A stretch of 35,455 nt of DNA from Bacteroidales bacterium (GTDB lineage Bacteria; Bacteroidota; Bacteroidia; Bacteroidales; JAADGE01). This document shows positions 1 to 8,350 of the stretch, one piece after another (positions within the stretch are counted from its first letter, which is position 1; each line of letters starts with the position of its first letter). A program made the translations under genes and the position numbers. The notes under the pieces are model-generated. The model did no database searches and had not been told where the DNA came from. It saw only the letters and a program-made list of their open reading frames with translations. The stretch covers positions 1 through 35,455 of the forward strand of contig JAOZQB010000001.1 in the NCBI GenBank assembly GCA_029932445.1, read 5' to 3'.

Positions 1-914
1 TCACTTAAATTGTTTTCAATAATTATTTCCAAACTTGCAAGTGCTCCGGCAGCAGAAACGGGATGTCCGCCAAATGTGGTTATATGTCCCAATGCAGGAT
101 TGAAAGTTAATGTTTTCATAATTTCCGTATCGGCAACAAAAGCTCCGATCGGCATTCCGCCGCCCATGCCTTTGGCAATGCAAATAATATCGGGTACAAT
201 GTCGTAATGCTCAAAGGCAAAAAGTTTTCCGGTTCGTCCGAAACCGGTTTGAATTTCATCAATAATTAAAAGTGTGCCGGTTTCATCACAGTGTTTTCGC
301 AGAGCTTTCATAAAATCATAATCTGCGGGAACAATGCCGCCTTCCGCTTGTATTGCTTCAATAACAACGGCTGCCGTATGTTCGGTAATTTTGCTTATTT
401 GAGAAACATCATTAAAATCAAGAAAAGAAATTCCCGGGATCAAAGGCCTGAAGGCCTGCGTTAAGTTTTCATCGTTCATCAAACTCAATGCACCGTGTGT
501 ACTGCCGTGATACGCATTTTTAAAGGCGATAATTTCCGGTTTCCCTGTGTATCGTTTAGCCAATTTCATAGCTCCTTCTATTGCTTCACTACCGGAATTT
601 ACAAAGTAAACGGCATTTAATTTTTCAGGAAGTTGTTGTGTCAGTAATTCGGCAAATTTCACTTGCGGGTTTTGAATGTACTCGCCGTAAACCATCAAAT
701 GCATGTATTTATCAAGCTGGTCTTTAACGGCTTTTATAACTTTCGGGTGACGATGTCCCACATTACTTACCGATACTCCCGAAACCAAATCGATATATTT
801 TTTGCCTTTATTGTCGTACATATAAATGCCTTCGGCTTTAACAATTTCAAGAGCCATAGGGTTTTGAGATGTTTGACCGACATGTTGAAAAAAAATTTGT
901 CTGTGAGAAATCAT
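1..914 (-). CDS. Class-III PLP-dependent aminotransferase (acetylornithine/ornithine aminotransferase-like); C-terminal end runs off the window
   Basis: Absent from the ORF track because it has no in-window stop. My reverse-complement translation from the ATG (complement of 912-914) reads MISHRQIFFQHVGQTSQNPMALEIVKAEGIYMYDNKGKKYIDLVSGVSVSNVGHRHPKV...VNSGSEAIEGAMKLAKRYTG...LLIIDEIQTGFGRTGKLFAFEHYDIVPDIICIAKGMGGGMPIGAF, open down to base 3. DEIQTGFGRTG and the AKG PLP-lysine motif are family hallmarks. Confidence 0.8.
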   Translation of the reverse strand, partial: MISHRQIFFQHVGQTSQNPMALEIVKAEGIYMYDNKGKKYIDLVSGVSVSNVGHRHPKVIKAVKDQLDKYMHLMVYGEYIQNPQVKFAELLTQQLPEKLNAVYFVNSGSEAIEGAMKLAKRYTGKPEIIAFKNAYHGSTHGALSLMNDENLTQAFRPLIPGISFLDFNDVSQISKITEHTAAVVIEAIQAEGGIVPADYDFMKALRKHCDETGTLLIIDEIQTGFGRTGKLFAFEHYDIVPDIICIAKGMGGGMPIGAFVADTEIMKTLTFNPALGHITTFGGHPVSAAGALASLEIIIENNLS

Positions 915-916
915 GA

Positions 917-1591
917 TTACTTTATTTTTTTCGTAAGAAATTTTTCAATAATTAAATCTGATTTTTTAATGCTTTGCTTCAACCATTCTAAAATAATCGT
1001 ATTTTGCTCATCTTCAGAAAGTTTGAATTTGATATCAGATTGTCTTAATTTTAATGATAAATGATGCAAAATAACGGCTGCCGAAACGGAGATATTAAAA
1101 CTTTCGGTAAAACCAAACATCGGAATTTTCAGGAATTCATCGGCATTTTCCATTGCAATGTTACTTAATCCGGGTTGTTCCGAACCGAACATTAATGCAA
1201 ATTTCCCTTTGCTTATATCAAAATCTTCTAAATTTACGTCATCATTGTGAGGTGTTGTCGCAATAATGCGGTATCCTTTTTTTTTAAGTGCATTAATTGT
1301 GCTGAGCGTATTATTTTCGGCTTCATTATATTTATATAAATTCAACCATTTTGAAGAACCGAGTGCCACATCAGGATTCACCTTATATTCATTTTCGTTT
1401 TCAATAATATGAACATCCTGCACACCGAAACAATCGCAAGAACGCAGAACAGCACTGGCATTGTGCGGTTGGAAAATATCTTCCAAAACCACGGTCATGT
1501 ATCGGGTTCTGTCTTTTATAATTTTATTGAACAAAGAAAAACGTTCGGGAGTAATAACTTTACTTAAATATGAGATTAATTCTTCAGTCAT
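917..1591 (-). CDS. trmH: SpoU-family tRNA (guanosine-2'-O)-methyltransferase (TrmH-like)
   Basis: 224-aa ORF. MTVVLEDIFQPHNASAVLRSCDCFGVQDVHII, LMFGSEQPGLS and IPMFGFTESFNISVSAAVILH match the SpoU/TrmH motifs. The stop is 2 nt from the start of the downstream aminotransferase gene. Confidence 0.85.
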   Translation of the reverse strand: MTEELISYLSKVITPERFSLFNKIIKDRTRYMTVVLEDIFQPHNASAVLRSCDCFGVQDVHIIENENEYKVNPDVALGSSKWLNLYKYNEAENNTLSTINALKKKGYRIIATTPHNDDVNLEDFDISKGKFALMFGSEQPGLSNIAMENADEFLKIPMFGFTESFNISVSAAVILHHLSLKLRQSDIKFKLSEDEQNTIILEWLKQSIKKSDLIIEKFLTKKIK

Positions 1592-1608
1592 TTTGTTTTA
1601 TAAAATTG

Positions 1609-1616
1609 CAAAGATA
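1609..1616 (-). promoter_or_regulatory. Bacteroidota-type -7 promoter box (TATCTTTG on minus strand) for trmH
   Basis: Plus-strand CAAAGATA is the reverse complement of TATCTTTG and matches TAnnTTTG. It lies 18 nt upstream of the trmH ATG. Confidence 0.4.
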
Positions 1617-1642
1617 AAAAGACTGTTTAATTTATGTGAAAT

Positions 1643-1674
1643 AAAAAAAGGAATACTATCGCATTCCTTTTTTC
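1643..1674 (-). terminator. Intrinsic terminator downstream of hup (bidirectional architecture)
   Basis: Stem AAAGGAAT (1647-1654) / ATTCCTTT (1663-1670) with an 8-nt loop. It is flanked by an A-run on the left and a T-run on the right, and sits 20 nt past the hup stop. Confidence 0.6.
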
Positions 1675-1693
1675 AGTAAGGTGTGAGGATTAA

Positions 1694-1966
1694 TTAATTA
1701 ACTTTTCGAGTTAAATCAGTTCCTGCTTTAAATTTAACAACATTTTTAGCCGGAATGTTAATTTCTTTACCTGTTTGAGGGTTTCTTCCTTTTCTTGCTT
1801 CTCTTCTGGTTACACCAAAAGAACCGAAACCTACGAGAGCAACTCTTTCACCTTTTTTAAGTGTGCCTTCTGTTGCTTCTACAAATGCATCTAAAGCTCT
1901 TCTTGAGTCAGCTTTTGTTAATCCTGAACCTGATGCGATGGCATCAATTAATTCTGCTTTGTTCAT
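1694..1966 (-). CDS. hup: HU-family DNA-binding protein
   Basis: 90 aa. MNKAELIDAIA...GFGSFGVTRREARKGRNPQTGKEINIPAKNVVKFKAG is the canonical HU/IHF fold signature. Confidence 0.9.
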   Translation of the reverse strand: MNKAELIDAIASGSGLTKADSRRALDAFVEATEGTLKKGERVALVGFGSFGVTRREARKGRNPQTGKEINIPAKNVVKFKAGTDLTRKVN

Positions 1967-2010
1967 AATAAAATAATTTTTTTAGTGATTAGATAATATT
2001 AATTCTTATG

Positions 2011-2018
2011 CAAATATA
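2011..2018 (-). promoter_or_regulatory. -7 promoter box (TATATTTG on minus strand) for hup
   Basis: Plus-strand CAAATATA is the reverse complement of TATATTTG, 45 nt upstream of the hup ATG. Confidence 0.4.
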
Positions 2019-2279
2019 GATTATTTCTGGTATATAGCAAATTTCAAGCACTTTTTTTTTGAAAATTATTAAATTTTAATGTCCTCTGTATCCTTTTGTT
2101 TATAGGCATTTCAGGATAAGTAGCTGAGCTATAGATTAATAGAGTAGTGATATGCTCTTTAAGGTTAATAATCAACAGAATGTGAAATTTTATACAATTT
2201 TACCGAAATTTGGTTTAAATTATCAAACGAAACAAAAAATAAAATTAAAAATAATTTGTATTTTTTAAAAGATAGTTTT

Positions 2280-2287
2280 TATATTTG
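2280..2287 (+). promoter_or_regulatory. -7 promoter box TATATTTG for tRNA-Ser
   Basis: Perfect TAnnTTTG ending 15 nt before the first tRNA base. Confidence 0.45.
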
Positions 2288-2301
2288 CAGCCGCATTTTT
2301 A

Positions 2302-2387
2302 GGAGAGATGGCAGAGTGGTCGAATGCGGTAGTCTTGAAAACTATTGTACTCACAAGGTACCGGGGGTTCGAATCCCTCTCTCTCCG
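2302..2387 (+). tRNA. tRNA-Ser (anticodon UGA), class II with long variable arm
   Basis: Hand-folded cloverleaf. Acceptor GGAGAGA/TCTCTCC, D-stem GCA/TGC, anticodon stem GTAGT/ACTAT with loop CTTGAAA (anticodon TGA). Variable arm GTAC-TCACAAG-GTAC, T-arm GGGGG-TTCGAAT-CCCTC, discriminator G. CCA is not encoded. Confidence 0.9.
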
Positions 2388-2389
2388 CA

Positions 2390-2423
2390 AAAAAAACTCG
2401 AAACAATTGTTTCGAGTTTTTTT
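2390..2423. terminator. Bidirectional intrinsic terminator shared by tRNA-Ser (+) and fabI (-)
   Basis: CTCGAAA-caattg-TTTCGAG hairpin (2397-2416), preceded by A7 and followed by T7. It lies between the convergent tRNA and the fabI stop. Confidence 0.7.
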
Positions 2424-2440
2424 GTTTTTATGTACTAAAC

Positions 2441-3289
2441 TTATTCATCATAACTTTCCGGTTCTATCGGATTTTCAAGTGCTTGATTGTACATAGTCAT
2501 CGCACGCAAACTCATTCCCATACTGGAAAAACCGCCGTCATGAAATAAATTTTGCATGGTTATTTTTTTTGTCAAATCAGAAAAAAGTGTGATACAGAAA
2601 TTTGCAAATTCATCAGCATTAGCATTACCGAGAGGCGACATACGTTCCGTAAAGTCCATTAAGCCGTCAATTCCTTTTACACCGCTACCGGCAGTTGTCA
2701 TTGTCGGCGATTGAGAAATCGTATTTACACGAATTTTCTTTTCTCTTCCGTATATGTACCCGAAACTTCTTGCAATGGATTCGAGCATGGCTTTTGCATC
2801 AGCCATATCATTATATCGATATAGAGTTTTTTGTGCAGCAACATAAGATAAAGCAACGACTGAGCCCCATTCATTTATAGCATCTTTCTTTTTTGCAACT
2901 TGCAATAATTTATGAAATGAAATAGCTGAAATATCCAGTGTTTTACCTAAGAAATTATAATCAAGATTATCATAAGCTCTGCCTTTTCGAACATTTAAAG
3001 ACATTGCAACGGAATGAAGTATAAAATCAATTTTCCCTCCGAAATGTTCCATAGTTTTATCAATCAGATTTTCCAAATCTTTTACACTTGTTGCATCGGC
3101 AGGAACAACAATGGTATTGCATTTTTTTGCCAATTCATGAATTTCACCGAAACGCATCGAAACCGGTGTATTGGTTAATACAAATTCTGCACCTTCTTCA
3201 TAAGCTCTTTCCGCAACTTTCCATGCTAAAGATTTGTCGTTTAAGGCACCGAATATCAGACCTTTTTTACCTTTTAATAAATTGTACAT
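2441..3289 (-). CDS. fabI: Enoyl-[acyl-carrier-protein] reductase (NADH), FabI
   Basis: MYNLLKGKKGLIFGALNDKSLAWKVAERAYEEGAEFVLTN (glycine-rich dinucleotide fold) plus the SYVAAQKTLYRYNDMADAKAMLES (Y-x6-K region) are typical FabI. I start it at the ATG at complement 3287-3289, not at 3355, because a -7 promoter box lies inside the longer extension. Confidence 0.85.
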   Translation of the reverse strand: MYNLLKGKKGLIFGALNDKSLAWKVAERAYEEGAEFVLTNTPVSMRFGEIHELAKKCNTIVVPADATSVKDLENLIDKTMEHFGGKIDFILHSVAMSLNVRKGRAYDNLDYNFLGKTLDISAISFHKLLQVAKKKDAINEWGSVVALSYVAAQKTLYRYNDMADAKAMLESIARSFGYIYGREKKIRVNTISQSPTMTTAGSGVKGIDGLMDFTERMSPLGNANADEFANFCITLFSDLTKKITMQNLFHDGGFSSMGMSLRAMTMYNQALENPIEPESYDE

Positions 3290-3314
3290 AATATTTTTAT
3301 TTTTATTTATGACG

Positions 3315-3322
3315 CAAAGATA
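3315..3322 (-). promoter_or_regulatory. -7 promoter box (TATCTTTG on minus strand) for fabI
   Basis: Plus-strand CAAAGATA, 26 nt upstream of the chosen fabI ATG at 3289. Confidence 0.45.
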
Positions 3323-3416
3323 ATAACAATCCGGAAATCTACTGTTTTTTAACATGTTTTAAGATTTCAGAAGTCTTAGTTTTTTTTGTCAAATAGTTGA
3401 ATTTGACTTTTATTTT

Positions 3417-3424
3417 TATTTTTG
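3417..3424 (+). promoter_or_regulatory. -7 promoter box TATTTTTG for the symporter gene
   Basis: Matches TAnnTTTG, 26 nt upstream of the ATG at 3450. Confidence 0.4.
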
Positions 3425-3449
3425 TATGAAATTCATATAAATTATTGAT

Positions 3450-5270
3450 ATGCATATTACAACTGTTGACTGGCTGATTATTGCCGTATATTTCTTGATA
3501 AGTATCAGTATCGGATTGTTTATGTCGAAACGTGCAGGAAAAGGGATGAATGATTTTTTTCTCAGCGGAAGGAAACTGCCTTGGTATATTGCCGGAACGA
3601 GTATGGTTGCAACGACTTTTGCAGCGGATACACCTCTTGCCGTTACCGAATTGGTTGCTGAACACGGAATTGCCGGGAATTGGTTGTGGTGGAATATGCT
3701 TTTAGGCGGAATGCTCACGGTATTCTTTTTTGCAAAACTTTGGAGACGAGCGGGAATTATTACCGATGCCGAATTTGTCAGTATTCGATATTCCGGAGGG
3801 GCTGCCCGATTTTTAAGAGGTTTCAGAGCCGTTTATATTGGGATTTTTATGAATACAATTGTGATTGCATGGGTCAATCTTGCAATGGTAAAAATTTTGA
3901 CGGTTATGTTTCCCGATTTAATGATATTCGGTCATTCAAGTTTTAATTTTTTGGGAATTGAAATTAGTTCACAATTAATTGCCGTTGCCGGATTAATGTT
4001 GTTTACAACGTTTTATTCAGCTCTTTCAGGGCTTTGGGGGATTTCTTTAACAGATAGTTTTCAATTTATTATTGCAATGACGGGCAGTATTATTTTAGCT
4101 GTTTTTGCCGTAAGAAATATTGATGTCGGCGGCATACAGGGTTTAAAAGAAAAATTGCCCGAATGGAGTTTTGATTTTTTCCCTTCCGTCGGTGATGCAG
4201 CTAAAAATAGTAACGACACCGGAGCTTCGGGAATTTTAAAAATGACTGTTACGGCATTCATAGCTTATCTTGGTGTACAATGGTGGTCGAGTTGGTATCC
4301 CGGTGCCGAACCCGGCGGGGGAGGTTATATTGCACAACGTATGATGTCGGCAAAAAATGAGAAACATTCGGTGCTTGCAACACTTTGGTTTCAAGTTGCT
4401 CATTATGCTTTAAGACCTTGGCCGTGGATAATTGCTGCATTTGCGGCTTTAATTCTCTATCCGGATGTCAGCGACAAAGGAGCTTCGTATGTGATGCTGA
4501 TTCGTGATTTAATGCCTGCCGGTTTGCTTGGTTTATTATTAGCAGCTTTTTTGGCGGCATATATGTCAACCATTGCTTCACAAACGGTTTGGGGAACTTC
4601 ATATATTGTGAATGATCTTTATAAACCTTTTATTAATAAAAAAGCAGATGAAAAACAATATGTTAAAGTGTCAAGAATTACGACTTTCATATTAATGATT
4701 TTAGCATTATTTATTACAACACAATTTGACAAAATCAGTGATGCATGGAAATTTGTTTTGGCAATGAGTGCCGGTATAGGATTGGTTTTGCTTTTGAGAT
4801 GGTTTTGGTGGCGGATTAATGCCTGGTCGGAAATTTCGGCAATGATTGCACCTTATATAATATATCCGATTTTAAGATATGTATTTAAATTAGATGTTTT
4901 ATCGAAAGATTTTGAATTAAGCTTAATATTAATTGTGATATGGTCAACTGTCGTATGGGTTACTGTTACATTTTTGACAAAACCTGACAGTGATGAGAAA
5001 TTACAATCATTTTACCGAAAAATACATCCGGGGGGCAGAGGGTGGCGTAAAATATCCTCAGATATGCCTGATGTTAAAGGAGATACCGGTTACGGAAGAT
5101 TGTTCGTAAATTGGTTTGCCGGAAGTATTATGGTTATGTTTGCTTTATTCGGTATCGGGAAAATAATTTTTGCTGAATATTTAACCGGCTTTGTTTTTAT
5201 TGCTGTTTCAATCCTTCTCGGATTTGTGATTTCGTATAACTTATCCAAGAATATAAATGAAAATAAATAA
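3450..5270 (+). CDS. Sodium:solute symporter family (SSF) transporter
   Basis: 606 aa, polytopic. DFFLSGRKLPWYIAGTSMVATTFAADTPLAVTE and GGGGYIAQRMMSAKNEKHS resemble the conserved SSF N-terminal and central segments. About 13 or more hydrophobic spans by eye. Confidence 0.8.
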   Translation: MHITTVDWLIIAVYFLISISIGLFMSKRAGKGMNDFFLSGRKLPWYIAGTSMVATTFAADTPLAVTELVAEHGIAGNWLWWNMLLGGMLTVFFFAKLWRRAGIITDAEFVSIRYSGGAARFLRGFRAVYIGIFMNTIVIAWVNLAMVKILTVMFPDLMIFGHSSFNFLGIEISSQLIAVAGLMLFTTFYSALSGLWGISLTDSFQFIIAMTGSIILAVFAVRNIDVGGIQGLKEKLPEWSFDFFPSVGDAAKNSNDTGASGILKMTVTAFIAYLGVQWWSSWYPGAEPGGGGYIAQRMMSAKNEKHSVLATLWFQVAHYALRPWPWIIAAFAALILYPDVSDKGASYVMLIRDLMPAGLLGLLLAAFLAAYMSTIASQTVWGTSYIVNDLYKPFINKKADEKQYVKVSRITTFILMILALFITTQFDKISDAWKFVLAMSAGIGLVLLLRWFWWRINAWSEISAMIAPYIIYPILRYVFKLDVLSKDFELSLILIVIWSTVVWVTVTFLTKPDSDEKLQSFYRKIHPGGRGWRKISSDMPDVKGDTGYGRLFVNWFAGSIMVMFALFGIGKIIFAEYLTGFVFIAVSILLGFVISYNLSKNINENK

Positions 5271-5284
5271 TTCTTTTCGGAAAT

Positions 5285-6370
5285 TTGAATAAAGAAAAAA
5301 CAAACATATTGATTGCCCCTTTAAATTGGGGTTTGGGACATGCCGTCAGAGATATTCCCCTCATTTATGATTTGCTTAAGAATAAATTTGAAGTTATTAT
5401 AGGAGGTGAAGGGCAATCCGGCGAACTGTTGAAGAACGAATTTCCCGAGCTTCAATATATTGAAATACAGTCGTTTAAAATAAAATATCCGAAGAATCAA
5501 TTTTTTATTTTGAAACTATTATTCCAAATTCCGAAAATTTTCATCGGTATTATCGGGGAACACAGACATTTACAAAATATTATTGATAAATACGAAATTG
5601 ATATTATTATTTCCGATAACCGTTACGGGTTATATTCCGATAAAATACCGTCTGTTTTTATAACGCATCAAGTTTTTCCGGCTTTGCCGAAGTCATTAAA
5701 GATTTTCGAAAAAATAATTTATAAAAGTCATCGAAAACGAATTGATAAATTTGAGAAATGTTTAATTCCTGATTTTGAAGGCAAAATTAATCTTTCCGGT
5801 GATTTATCGCATAAATATAAGTTTTCCGAAAATTATCATTTCATCGGAATTTTATCTCAGTTTGAAAAAGATGATATTGAAACCGCTGATTATAAATATG
5901 ATATAGCAGTAATTATTTCCGGACCCGAGCCGCAAAGAAGCATTTTTGAAGAAAAAATTACGGAACAAATTTTACAATTCGGAAAAAAAGCAATTTTAAT
6001 TTCAGGATTACCCGAGACTTCTATCCGAAAACAAGTTGAAAATTTAACAATTGTGAATCATCTTTCAAGAGCAGAAATGCAAGATGTAATTGTAAATTCC
6101 GAAATTATAATAAGTCGTTCCGGTTATACAACAATAATGGATTTGGTTAAGCTTCAAAAAAAGGCCGTTCTGATACCCACTCCCGGACAAACGGAACAAG
6201 AGTATTTTTCTGATTATCTGAAAGATAAAACGATGTTTGTTTTCAGGAAACAAAATAATTTTGATCTGAATAATGCTGTAAGTGAATTAAAAACATTAAA
6301 TCCGGATTTTAAAAAAATCTCAAACTTAGATTGCAATAGTTTTATAAATATCATAAAATCATTGAAATAA
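5285..6370 (+). CDS. GT-B fold glycosyltransferase (MurG/GT28 C-terminal-domain-like)
   Basis: 361 aa with a TTG start. The N-terminal ILIAPLNWGLGHAVRDIPLI (G-x-G-H loop) and C-terminal IISRSGYTTIMDLVKLQKKAVLIPTPGQTEQEYFSDYL (donor-binding E-Q-E region) are typical of this class. The substrate is unknown. Confidence 0.55.
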   Translation: MNKEKTNILIAPLNWGLGHAVRDIPLIYDLLKNKFEVIIGGEGQSGELLKNEFPELQYIEIQSFKIKYPKNQFFILKLLFQIPKIFIGIIGEHRHLQNIIDKYEIDIIISDNRYGLYSDKIPSVFITHQVFPALPKSLKIFEKIIYKSHRKRIDKFEKCLIPDFEGKINLSGDLSHKYKFSENYHFIGILSQFEKDDIETADYKYDIAVIISGPEPQRSIFEEKITEQILQFGKKAILISGLPETSIRKQVENLTIVNHLSRAEMQDVIVNSEIIISRSGYTTIMDLVKLQKKAVLIPTPGQTEQEYFSDYLKDKTMFVFRKQNNFDLNNAVSELKTLNPDFKKISNLDCNSFINIIKSLK

Positions 6371-6426
6371 TATTTCCCGAAACTTAATTTTACTTGCATT
6401 TCCTTTGCAGATTAAAACATATTGCT

Positions 6427-6434
6427 TAACTTTG
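6427..6434 (+). promoter_or_regulatory. -7 promoter box TAACTTTG upstream of rimP-nusA-infB
   Basis: Perfect TAnnTTTG in the context ...TAACTTTGCAGCC. The same TTTGCAG(C/A) context recurs at the tRNA-Ser, hisS and ABC-F promoters. Confidence 0.45.
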
Positions 6435-6463
6435 CAGCCGAAAATGAGGATAAGAAGAAATTG

Positions 6464-6490
6464 AGGGGACTGACAGTCCCCTGTTTTATT
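6464..6490 (+). terminator. GC-rich hairpin plus U-tract in the rimP leader (terminator/attenuator candidate)
   Basis: AGGGGAC-tgaca-GTCCCCT followed by GTTTTATT. It lies 94 nt after the glycosyltransferase stop, downstream of the 6427 promoter box and 9 nt before the rimP TTG. Confidence 0.55.
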
Positions 6491-6498
6491 GAATAAAT

Positions 6499-6987
6499 TT
6501 GAAGTACTCTAAAGAAAATATTATTAAACTGTCTGAAAATATTATGAAATCGGAAATTGAAGATTTTACCGATAAAGATATTTTTATAACAGATGTGAAA
6601 ATCTCGGGAGATAACAGAATAACGGTTCTGATTGATAGCTTTGAAGGCATAAAAATAAAAGATTGTGCCAAATTGAGTAAAAAAATTGAAAGTAAATTAG
6701 ACCGTGAAAATGAAGATTTTGAACTTGTTGTATCTTCAGCAGGCATGGATAATCCTTTCACCGTTCATAAACAATATGAAAAAAATAAAGGTAAATTGAT
6801 TAAGGTCTTAACATCGGATGGTGAAAAAATTAAAGGTAAATTAATTTCTGTTTTTGAAACTGAAATTGAAATTGAACCGGAGATTAAAAAGAATAAAAAA
6901 AATAAAACAAAAACTGAAACAATAAAAGAAAATTTAACTGTGGCATTTAGCCGAATAAAAGAAGCTAAAATTGTTATAACGTTTTAA
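6499..6987 (+). CDS. rimP: Ribosome maturation factor RimP
   Basis: Sits immediately upstream of nusA-infB (conserved operon). ITVLIDSFEGIKIKDCAKLSKKIESKLD...ELVVSSAGMDNPF matches the RimP core. The start is uncertain: TTG at 6499 or ATG at 6544. Confidence 0.8.
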   Translation: MKYSKENIIKLSENIMKSEIEDFTDKDIFITDVKISGDNRITVLIDSFEGIKIKDCAKLSKKIESKLDRENEDFELVVSSAGMDNPFTVHKQYEKNKGKLIKVLTSDGEKIKGKLISVFETEIEIEPEIKKNKKNKTKTETIKENLTVAFSRIKEAKIVITF

Positions 6988-6998
6988 TACATAGTGAA

Positions 6999-8252
6999 AT
7001 GGATAATATGAATTTAATAGATACTTTCGCGAGTTTTAAGGAAAACAAAGACATAGACCGAGTGACAATGATGGGTGTTTTGGAAGAAGTTTTTCGAGGT
7101 ATGTTTGAAAAGCAATTCGGGACATCTGAAAATTTTGATTTTATTATCAATATTGATAAAGGTGACTTTGAAATATGGAGAAATCGAATAGTAACAGCCG
7201 ATGGTGAAGCAGAAGATCCGAATCTCCAAGTTGAAGTTAGTGAAGTCCATAAAATTGACCCTGACTATGAAGTAGGAGAGGAGTTTGCAGATGAAGTTAA
7301 ATTGGAAGACTTCGGAAGAAGAAGTATTTTATCGCTACGTCAAAATTTATCGTCCAAGATCTTACAATTGGAAAGAGAAAATGTCTATGAGAGGTATAAA
7401 GATAAAATCGGAGATATCGTAACCGGTGAGGTTTATCAGGTTTGGAAAAAGGAGATGCTTATTCTTGATGATGAGGAAAATGAAATGATATTACCGAGAA
7501 ATGAACAAATACCGTCTGATTTTTTCCGAAAAGGAGATACATTAAGAGCTGTTATTGAGCGTGTTGACATGAAAAATAACGCTCCTTTAATTATCATTTC
7601 CCGAACATCATCGAAATTTCTTGAACGTTTGTTTGAATTAGAAGTTCCTGAGATTTATGACGGATTAATAACAATTAAAAAAATAGTAAGAGTTGCCGGT
7701 GAAAGGGCAAAAGTTGCCGTAGAATCTTATGATGACAGAATTGATCCCGTCGGTGCTTGTGTTGGTATGAAAGGAGCACGAATTCACGGAATTGTCAGAG
7801 AATTACGCAATGAAAATATTGACGTTATCAATTATTCCGAAAATTTAAAACTATACATTCAAAGAGCATTAAGTCCTGCCAAAGTAAAGAATATTAAAAT
7901 TCTGGAAGAAGAGAAAAAAGCTGAAGTATTTTTAGATCCTGATGAAGTTTCTAAAGCAATCGGTAAAGGCGGATTGAATATAAAATTAGCCGGGAAATTA
8001 GTCGGTTATGAAATAGATGTTTTCAGAGATATTGATGAAAGCGAATTGGAGGATGATGTTGACATCATGGAATTTAACGATGAAATTGATGAATGGGTAT
8101 TGGAATCATTTAAAAAAATCGGCTGTGATACGGCAAAAAGTGTTTTAAATATTTCCAGAGAAGAGTTAATTAAAAGAACCGATCTTGAAGAAGAAACTGT
8201 AGATTCAGTTATTAATATACTGAAAAGTGAATTTGAAGATCACAAAGAATAA
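6999..8252 (+). CDS. nusA: Transcription termination/antitermination factor NusA
   Basis: 417 aa. Contains an S1-like GDIVTGEVYQV segment, KH-domain motifs RIDPVGACVGMKGARIHGIVREL and AIGKGGLNIKLAGKLVGYEIDV, and sits between rimP and infB. Confidence 0.95.
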   Translation: MDNMNLIDTFASFKENKDIDRVTMMGVLEEVFRGMFEKQFGTSENFDFIINIDKGDFEIWRNRIVTADGEAEDPNLQVEVSEVHKIDPDYEVGEEFADEVKLEDFGRRSILSLRQNLSSKILQLERENVYERYKDKIGDIVTGEVYQVWKKEMLILDDEENEMILPRNEQIPSDFFRKGDTLRAVIERVDMKNNAPLIIISRTSSKFLERLFELEVPEIYDGLITIKKIVRVAGERAKVAVESYDDRIDPVGACVGMKGARIHGIVRELRNENIDVINYSENLKLYIQRALSPAKVKNIKILEEEKKAEVFLDPDEVSKAIGKGGLNIKLAGKLVGYEIDVFRDIDESELEDDVDIMEFNDEIDEWVLESFKKIGCDTAKSVLNISREELIKRTDLEEETVDSVINILKSEFEDHKE

Positions 8253-8350
8253 AGTTTTGATACAGAAAAATTTATATTAATATTGCATTTAAAGTGCTGA
8301 TTCTGTATTCATAAAATAAAAATAGAATTGTTTAAATATTTGTAAATTAT

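Noticed and set aside
10-1064. Plus-strand ORFs 10-207 and 663-1064
   Set aside because: They are antisense to the aminotransferase and trmH genes, both of which have strong family motifs.
2256-2548. Three short plus-strand ORFs (60-67 aa)
   Set aside because: They run through the tRNA-Ser gene, its terminator and the fabI 3' end. The tRNA cloverleaf explains this sequence.
3290-3355. 22-aa N-terminal extension of the fabI ORF (MLKNSRFPDCYYLCVINKNKNI)
   Set aside because: The extension contains the TATCTTTG -7 box, and the FabI dinucleotide-binding motif begins right after the internal ATG at 3289.
3339-3718. Minus-strand ORFs of 108 and 100 aa overlapping the symporter start
   Set aside because: They overlap the well-supported SSF gene and its promoter region, have odd composition and show no motif.
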